Shown in pieces: positions 8,018-13,713 of a stretch of DNA of 16,000 bases (the first letter of the stretch is position 1; every line of letters begins with the position of its first letter). Below the pieces are notes generated by a model. The model ran no database searches and was not told where the DNA came from. It worked only from the letters and a program-made list of their open reading frames with translations. A program made the position numbers and the translations under genes. Where the stretch lies: contig JANQQT010000102.1 of NCBI GenBank assembly GCA_028284925.1, positions 21,000 to 36,999 of the forward strand. Direction: 5' to 3'. Source of the stretch: Phycisphaeraceae bacterium (lineage in GTDB: Bacteria; Planctomycetota; Phycisphaerae; Phycisphaerales; Zrk34).

Positions 8018-8479
8018 TCATTCCTCGGTATACTTGTCATGTCCTTCCTTCTTGATCGTACCCAACTGTGAAATCAGCTTCACCGCGCCGTCGGCGTCTC
8101 CTTTATCCAACGCCATCGACAAATCCATCATCACCACGATCTGCTTCTTCATAATGGCCTTGTATTGAAGCAGGAACGCCGCCTTCTTCGACGCAGGCAC
8201 ATCCTTCGTCATCGGTGGAACCTCATGGAACGCCGCGATCGAATTCACCAGCATCGTCTTAACCAACGCCTTGCTACCTTCGCTGAACGTCTTGCGACGA
8301 GCTTCCCGACGCAACTTCTTATAACCCGAACTGATCTTCTCCATCTGCTGGATAATGGGCGGCTCTTTCTCGTCATCTTCCGCCGCAAATGCCGGCAGAA
8401 TAAGTCCGGTTGCGACAATCGTTGCCATCAACCCAAATGTGAAAATTGTCCTACGATTCGACAGCTTGCCAAGTGTCAT
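8018..8479 (-). CDS. Secreted cytochrome b562-family four-helix-bundle protein (distant homologue)
   Basis: 153-aa ORF. The ATG at 8479 has AGGAG about 8 nt upstream. The signal peptide ends ...ILPAFA-AEDD. By eye it aligns with E. coli cytochrome b562. QQMEKISSGYKKL matches DNMETLNDNLKVI, which holds the Met axial ligand. VPPMTKDVPASKKAAF matches TPPKLEDKSPDSPEMKDF. The C-terminal KKEGHDKY matches RNAYHQKY, which holds the His axial ligand. Confidence 0.6.
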   Translation of the reverse strand: MTLGKLSNRRTIFTFGLMATIVATGLILPAFAAEDDEKEPPIIQQMEKISSGYKKLRREARRKTFSEGSKALVKTMLVNSIAAFHEVPPMTKDVPASKKAAFLLQYKAIMKKQIVVMMDLSMALDKGDADGAVKLISQLGTIKKEGHDKYTEE

Positions 8480-8670
8480 ATTTGTCTCCTGAGGGCTTAA
8501 ATTTCTCGTTGTTTTGACGGCAGACCAAGTCGGCCATCAATCTTGCGGGATCTTCCGGGGTCTTCTAATTTACCACAATTTGCACCCCATCTCAACAATT
8601 TATACAGGATTCATCAAGTCTTTTCTGATACGCTTACCACCCTTCTTCCGTTCACTGAAAGGACGTTTTT

Positions 8671-9666
8671 ATGTCAGAAAACGGCGATATCATCCTTGTC
8701 ACCGGCGCAACCGGTAAGGTCGGACAAGCCTTCATACAACGCGTCCTGAATGACCCCAGGTTCGATCACTTTAACATCCGCGCCCTCTGCCACAACCGCA
8801 CACTCGACGAAACAGATCGCATCTCCATCGCCAAAGGTTCCGTCTCCGACCGCTCCACCGTCGAAGCCGCCATGAAAGACGTCACCCATGTTCTCCATCT
8901 AGCCACCTGCAAGGAAACGCCCAATAACGTCATGGACGTCACCGTCAAAGGGCTCTTCTGGATCCTTGAAGCCGCCCGCACCAACCCCAACTTCAAGCAA
9001 TTCATCCTTCTCGGAGGCGATGCCGGAATGGGGCACTTCTTCTACCCTCACCCCATCCCCATCACAGAAGCACAACCCCACTCCGCATACCCCGGCTGCT
9101 ACGCACTATCCAAAGTCCTCGAGGAAGTCATGCTCCAGCAATACCAGATTCAATACAACCTCAACGGCTGCTGCCTCATGGCCCCTTGGATCATGGAAAA
9201 AGATGACTTCAAGTACACACTCTCCTTTAACGATGACGTCTTCGGAGGACCCCGCTGGTGCGATCTGGTCTCCCTCGACAAAGCAAAGGAATACGCCGCC
9301 ACCAACACCATCCCCGTCCTATGCGATTCCGACAACAACCCGATCACCCGCAACTTCGTCCACCTTGATGACCTCGTCTCTGCCATCCTCGCCGCCCTCG
9401 ATCATCCCAAGGCACGCCAACAGAAATTTAACATCTGCATGGACGAACCCGTCAATTACCGAGACGTCGCCGACTACCTCGCGCAAACAAGGGGCTACCC
9501 CTCCGTAGACATCCCCACCGAATTCGTCAGCACCTGGCTCGACAATTCCAAAGCAAAATTCCTCCTCAATTGGCGCCCCCAAATCGATCTCCCCCAACTC
9601 ATCGACCTTGCCTGGAACTACCAACGCCCCCCCTCTTCTCCCCGTACAATTTGGTACCCAGGATAA
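8671..9666 (+). CDS. NAD(P)-dependent epimerase/dehydratase (extended SDR family)
   Basis: 331-aa ORF. The ATG has AAAGGA about 8 nt upstream. The Rossmann motif is ILVTGATGKVGQAF (GxxGxxG) and the catalytic YxxxK is YALSK. Codon use is strongly C-ending. Substrate cannot be inferred from the sequence. Confidence 0.9.
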   Translation: MSENGDIILVTGATGKVGQAFIQRVLNDPRFDHFNIRALCHNRTLDETDRISIAKGSVSDRSTVEAAMKDVTHVLHLATCKETPNNVMDVTVKGLFWILEAARTNPNFKQFILLGGDAGMGHFFYPHPIPITEAQPHSAYPGCYALSKVLEEVMLQQYQIQYNLNGCCLMAPWIMEKDDFKYTLSFNDDVFGGPRWCDLVSLDKAKEYAATNTIPVLCDSDNNPITRNFVHLDDLVSAILAALDHPKARQQKFNICMDEPVNYRDVADYLAQTRGYPSVDIPTEFVSTWLDNSKAKFLLNWRPQIDLPQLIDLAWNYQRPPSSPRTIWYPG

Positions 9667-9840
9667 GGACACTACATTTACAGCACATAATCCCGTAGTC
9701 CCGCCCCCAATCGTACCTGCAGTCTATTAATGCCTCCTTTCTCCTGCTCACGTGAAAGAATCAGGCAGGATAACACGGGTCACGTCTGCACGCATAGCAA
9801 ATACCGACATGAATAGTTATGGCTTTGGGTCACATAAAGT

Positions 9841-10038
9841 TCATAACCCATAGTGATCGAGCATTGCCGTCTGCGACCATTCCAATGAATTCCACCCATT
9901 CACACTGCTCACCAACAAAACCTGCTTCAGGTAACGACAAAGTCCATCGGACGCAAGACATTTATTGGCAAGTAAACGGAGGGACGCATACACATGCATC
10001 GTCTGTCCTTCTTCGAGTGTCGGCAGAGGTTTGGGCAT
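9841..10038 (-). CDS. Possible 65-aa orphan ORF, third in a putative GT operon; very uncertain
   Basis: This is the internal ATG (10038) of the 90-aa track ORF. GGGAGG lies only 2 nt upstream. The ATG is 16 nt after the stop of the 124-aa ORF. The product MPKPLPTLEEGQTMHVYASLRLLANKCLASDGLCRYLKQ... matches no recognised family and could be non-coding. Confidence 0.2.
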   Translation of the reverse strand: MPKPLPTLEEGQTMHVYASLRLLANKCLASDGLCRYLKQVLLVSSVNGWNSLEWSQTAMLDHYGL

Positions 10039-10054
10039 AACCTCCCGGGCAAAC

Positions 10055-10429
10055 TCAACTTGCCTCTGCTTTACCAAAATTGATTGACGAAGTCCCTCCA
10101 TCATCCTGTGCATAGGTTCCCACGGGACTATCCTCTACCATTGTACGCTTAAAGGTAAATGGACCGCCTGAACAACACTCGCCGTCAGCAACCGTCAACG
10201 TCAATTCATAAGTCCAGTTAGTTCCGGACTGGACGCGTTTCAGAATAGAACCTCCAAAGGGTGGGACATTGTCAGGCTCGTATTCGTCGCCATCGGGATC
10301 CTTTCTGTCGAATACTTGGGAAGGTTGACTGGTACATGTAGCATTACTTAATTTACTAAGATAAAGCACAATCTTGTCGGGCTTGATGGGCGGAAAGGGA
10401 GACGGACTTGGGGATGTTTGTGAGGACAT
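10055..10429 (-). CDS. Orphan 124-aa protein with a Ser/Pro-rich N-terminus and 4 Cys; no recognised family
   Basis: The track ORF starts at GTG 10486. I prefer ATG 10429 because AGGTGA lies 4 nt upstream. The product is MSSQTSPSPSPFPPIKPDK...TVADGECCSGGPFTFKR... It is on the same strand as the glycosyltransferase gene and 82 nt downstream of it, with similar mixed codon usage. No signal peptide or TM segment is evident. Confidence 0.4.
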   Translation of the reverse strand: MSSQTSPSPSPFPPIKPDKIVLYLSKLSNATCTSQPSQVFDRKDPDGDEYEPDNVPPFGGSILKRVQSGTNWTYELTLTVADGECCSGGPFTFKRTMVEDSPVGTYAQDDGGTSSINFGKAEAS

Positions 10430-10511
10430 ATCTTCACCTGATTTAGAGACCCCGGGGTTAATTGAACGTTCATTAAAAGGACACACTTGTGGAATTGGAT
10501 CTTCCGAAGAA

Positions 10512-12773
10512 TTAGGACATGACGACCTCCTCTACCGATAATTTTCGGCGCAGTTGGCATGGACGACTGTCGCGGTGAAACCCATTCCACCGGCAATCGT
10601 CAATGAGCGAAACCCGGTAGAAGGCTTCGCCGTTTTTCAATACAAATACACATGGCGCGTCTGAATCACCGGTTATTGACCAAACCCAGGAATCATCGCC
10701 TGATGCAAGACGGACTGTGCCGTCAAATGCGAATGATACTTTGATCGAAGATTCGCCCGCAACATGAAGCTCCCACTCCTGCGAACAGATGTTTGAAGCG
10801 AGCCGAAGCATCCATTCTGGCGCCTGCGTCTGATCAAAGCGTTCGGGACGTTCCGACATCCATACGCTCCGAAGTTCTTCCAGAAAGGACAGACATTGTT
10901 CTTCATGTTCAAAGTGGGGAATGACCGGGTTGGTATCATCCAGCGTCCACTTGCAGAGGTTTCGGTGTTGGAATAGGCGATGGTGATTAAAGTCATGTTG
11001 ACACATGACTACATATTCCAGCGGAAAGATACCGCGCGTCGGCATAGCGTAGTTCAATCCAAGCTTTCGCCATGCAAGATGAAATGTGTCCTTGTCGCCG
11101 TGAATGTGTTGGTACCAGAACTCGCTGTGACGGTTCATCCACATGGTCAACTGCAGGGCATCCCAACATCTCTCCTTGTTTACGACAATTTGTCCCGTCT
11201 CGAATTCCGGTTCAAGCGTGAAAGGTACGCCTGTCAGTCTCCAGATGGCCCTTTCAGGTCCAAGTTTGCCATAATCCGGCCAGAAGATTGCACCGTACAT
11301 GTCGTATTCAGGAGTATCAAACAGAAATGTCGGATCTTTTACCGGCACGTTGTCCGCGTCTAATAACATTACTTCTTTGAATCGACTATTAATGATGGCA
11401 AACGGCTTGAGTTCCCAGCCGCCCAGAGTTTGGCCGTCAGCATTCCTGTCAACGCCAAGTGCGTCAATACACGTAACATCAAAAGGCTCAACCAACTCGC
11501 GCATCCGGTCGGTCATCTCATGGGGTCCGAGATGCCAAAGCTCGATCGGAAGATCGCAACCCACATGCCTGAGCATGCGAATGCACACCCAGGCACAGGG
11601 AAAATACTTCGTTCCACCAGCAGGAATTACGATGCCTCGATCACGATAATCACCACCATAAGAAGAAATCGACGCGGCAGCATTCTCGAGGCACTCACGC
11701 GCATTGGCTTCATTAATTTTACAGGATTGATTTTGTTTGATCGAGTTTTGCCCAACAGTCAACCCGCCTGTTGTCGGCGTACTTGACATAGGATCGATGT
11801 TTCTCCCTACAGCGCGTAAGACGTCCTGTACCGTCACACCGGTCATGCAGGCGGCGTATTCTCCAGAACTCGTTCTAGCCGAATGTCCGCACAAAGGATG
11901 GTTAGGTGATGTTAGTTTGGTCCCTAGCAACTCAACATAGGATCGCCAGCAACCGCTAATGGGACAGCAAAACTGGCGTTCCCCGGTTAGATAATCGTGG
12001 TCCGGATAGTGTTCCCAAGTCTGTGGCTCACGTTGGCCCGCTATCACCACGCAAGGCTTCTCGAGTGCCGCAGCGACATGCATTGCCGCAGTAACCGGAC
12101 ATATCACACCATCCGAATGGTAAATAAGTCGAATAAATTCTCGTAGTGTCGTTTGTCCTATCAGATTGGTGACACCATGTAAGCCTTGGTGACGATCACC
12201 ATTGGATCCACATTGCACAAACGCGACCTTTCCCCGCATCCGATCGATGACTTCTTGATATCGTTCTGTCGGCCACCACTTCGTGGATATGTCCCATTTG
12301 CCGCCAGCCATCACGATCCAATAACGTTTCGGGACGTCATATGGTACGGATGACTTCTCGTCATCGGTCAAATGCAGATCCCCAGCCTTACTTGATACGG
12401 GGATATTTATGCCTAACCGCTGGCTCACCAGTTCGTGGATGGACTCGATATAGTGTTTCTCGTGGTGGACACAGTGGTCAAGAAGAGGAGGGTGCGAACA
12501 GTCAATAAGCGTCTCACCCTCACGAACGGGTCCATGATCCCTAACATATGGATTATTGGACCAAATATCCGGACATGACGTATCTACGCCGATTCGGAAA
12601 TGACGCCCATGAGCAAATGCCAAATCCCGAACAGCGGCCGTCATCATCATAACGTCGCCTGGACTGCAATGGTTGCGCAACCGAATAACCGAGTCAGATC
12701 TTGATGAGCTGTTTCCAACGACGAGACTGTCCAAGAAATGCTTTCTCTTTTGAACTAAACGACTTTTCATCAT
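10512..12773 (-). CDS. Three-module glycosyltransferase: N-terminal GT9-like (heptosyltransferase-type, GT-B) domain, central GT71/Mnn-like DXD (GT-A) domain, and an unknown ~115-aa C-terminal domain
   Basis: 753-aa ORF.

Residues ~28-325 are GT9-like. Matching segments are IRLRNHCSPGDVMMMTAAVRDLAFAH...IGVDTSCPDIWSNNPYV, then YWIVMAGGKWDISTKWWPTERYQEVI...VAFVQCGS...LIGQTTLREFIRLIYHSDGVICPVTAAMHVAAALEKPCVVIAG. A Cys-rich insert follows (FCCPISGCW...LCGH...AACM).

Residues ~326-377 form an S/T/G/N/Q-rich linker.

Residues ~378-612 resemble yeast Mnn2/Mnn5-type 'putative mannosyltransferase'. Matching segments are GIVIPAGGTKYFPCAWVCIRMLRHVGCDLPIELWH, the DXD motif in VMLLDADNVPVKDP (DAD = nt 11352-11360), and IFWPDYG.

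Residues ~640-753 match no recognised family. Confidence 0.85.
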   Translation of the reverse strand: MMKSRLVQKRKHFLDSLVVGNSSSRSDSVIRLRNHCSPGDVMMMTAAVRDLAFAHGRHFRIGVDTSCPDIWSNNPYVRDHGPVREGETLIDCSHPPLLDHCVHHEKHYIESIHELVSQRLGINIPVSSKAGDLHLTDDEKSSVPYDVPKRYWIVMAGGKWDISTKWWPTERYQEVIDRMRGKVAFVQCGSNGDRHQGLHGVTNLIGQTTLREFIRLIYHSDGVICPVTAAMHVAAALEKPCVVIAGQREPQTWEHYPDHDYLTGERQFCCPISGCWRSYVELLGTKLTSPNHPLCGHSARTSSGEYAACMTGVTVQDVLRAVGRNIDPMSSTPTTGGLTVGQNSIKQNQSCKINEANARECLENAAASISSYGGDYRDRGIVIPAGGTKYFPCAWVCIRMLRHVGCDLPIELWHLGPHEMTDRMRELVEPFDVTCIDALGVDRNADGQTLGGWELKPFAIINSRFKEVMLLDADNVPVKDPTFLFDTPEYDMYGAIFWPDYGKLGPERAIWRLTGVPFTLEPEFETGQIVVNKERCWDALQLTMWMNRHSEFWYQHIHGDKDTFHLAWRKLGLNYAMPTRGIFPLEYVVMCQHDFNHHRLFQHRNLCKWTLDDTNPVIPHFEHEEQCLSFLEELRSVWMSERPERFDQTQAPEWMLRLASNICSQEWELHVAGESSIKVSFAFDGTVRLASGDDSWVWSITGDSDAPCVFVLKNGEAFYRVSLIDDCRWNGFHRDSRPCQLRRKLSVEEVVMS

Positions 12774-13022
12774 GCCTGAACGCAGTGTCTTCCACTACCC
12801 GAAATCAAGAGACTGATGAGTGCAAACTGGTTACGCGAGCCATCGACATTCTGTGCAAAAATGAATTCAAAAAAACAAAATTTTCTTTTCTCAGGATTGC
12901 AAAATCAAAATCTGTGTCTTCTACGAAATGCCGTGCAGCAAACTCCAAACAGTATTTCTGACGCCTCTTGTACATTCTCACAAGTTGTGGCGTATTCACC
13001 TTAAGCACGAAAGGCTCTAAAA
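12774..13022. promoter_or_regulatory. A+T-rich divergent intergenic spacer, the probable promoter region for the GT gene and the 169-aa ORF
   Basis: This 249-nt gap lies between divergent starts (12773 minus, 13023 plus). Its core at ~12855-12912 (gcaaaaatgaattcaaaaaaacaaaattttcttttctcaggattgcaaaatcaaaatc) is far more A+T-rich than any other spacer in the window. I could not assign convincing -35/-10 hexamers. Confidence 0.3.
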
Positions 13023-13532
13023 GTGTTTTGGCAAACTGAACGTATCATTCAAAATACACGCGGCCTCTCACGCAACGGGCATTCTCGCCGTGAAAGGATC
13101 GCGCAAGTCAAACTTGCGTACGCATCACTGTTAAGAAAACAACTTGATGCCAGCTATACGTTTTTGCCCTCATCCGGATCAAAAGCTGGACAAATGTGTT
13201 GGGATACGATGAGAAGTGTACTTTCTGCTGATCGGCCACCCGCAGGCCTGCTTCGCATGATCAAGGATTTTGGAAAATCTCAGGCAATGTCCGATAGAGC
13301 ATACCTTCCGATTGATGTAGCGCGTGTCATCTATTTTCTCGCGATCAATGTGGCCAGAACAAAAATCAGATGCCGAATCTCGTCTCTGTGCAAAGACGAA
13401 ATTGAAGAAGGATTAGCTTGGTCCAGGGCGCAATCTTGGGTGCCAAAAGAGATTAAAATGATGCTCAAGGATGACCTTAATACGTGTCAAGTACCAGCCT
13501 ACTCCGACCATGAGTCATGTGAAGGACCATAA
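13023..13532 (+). CDS. Orphan hypothetical protein (169 aa from GTG 13023, or 112 aa from ATG 13194)
   Basis: It is the only long ORF in a 940-nt stretch of roughly balanced base composition. An open frame of 169 codons is unlikely by chance there. Codon use is A/T-ending, unlike native + strand genes. I recognised no motif, and the start codon is uncertain. Confidence 0.4.
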   Translation: MFWQTERIIQNTRGLSRNGHSRRERIAQVKLAYASLLRKQLDASYTFLPSSGSKAGQMCWDTMRSVLSADRPPAGLLRMIKDFGKSQAMSDRAYLPIDVARVIYFLAINVARTKIRCRISSLCKDEIEEGLAWSRAQSWVPKEIKMMLKDDLNTCQVPAYSDHESCEGP

Positions 13533-13713
13533 GAGAAACTGATTTGCAGTAGTACCGGCATAATGCGAAAAACTGAACCTTGCATAGACGATGCTGAGGT
13601 GCAGACGGAAGAACCCAAAACATTCGATTCGCAATCGCAATGTAGATCGGCAATGGTACTCTGGGAAACGACCCTCGAATTACATCTCCTTAGACCGGCG
13701 GCCGGAAAGTCGC

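Noticed and set aside
368-9672. Dozens of long antisense or off-frame ORFs in the track. Examples: 7377..8168 + 263 aa, 1163..1789 - 208 aa, 1938..2573 - 211 aa, 4383..4907 + 174 aa, 8966..9508 + 180 aa, 7399..7854 + 151 aa, and the 5532-6282 + set.
   Set aside because: They all overlap genes with clear family motifs. Their products are low-complexity Pro/Ser/Thr/His/Arg- or Gly/Val/Asp-rich. 7377..8168 even runs through a terminator and an intergenic spacer. They are the expected by-product of the strong strand skew, since stop codons are rare on a G-poor strand. I saw no evidence for genuine overlapping genes.
9742-9770. Inverted repeat TCCTGC...GCAGGA downstream of the epimerase gene, as its terminator.
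   Set aside because: It has a 6-bp stem, a 17-nt loop and no T-run. That is too weak to call.
12805-13008. 67-aa (minus) and 62-aa (plus, 12816..13004) ORFs inside the A+T-rich spacer upstream of the glycosyltransferase.
   Set aside because: They are mutually overlapping and use GTG or other weak starts. They lie in the most A+T-rich stretch, which is better explained as a divergent promoter region. A short upstream ORF (MYKRRQKY...) cannot be excluded but has no support.
13695-13705. Perfect palindrome CCGGCGGCCGG just downstream of the kinase stop.
   Set aside because: The stem would have a 1-nt loop and so cannot form a stable hairpin terminator. It is probably chance or a restriction-type palindrome, and no function can be assigned.
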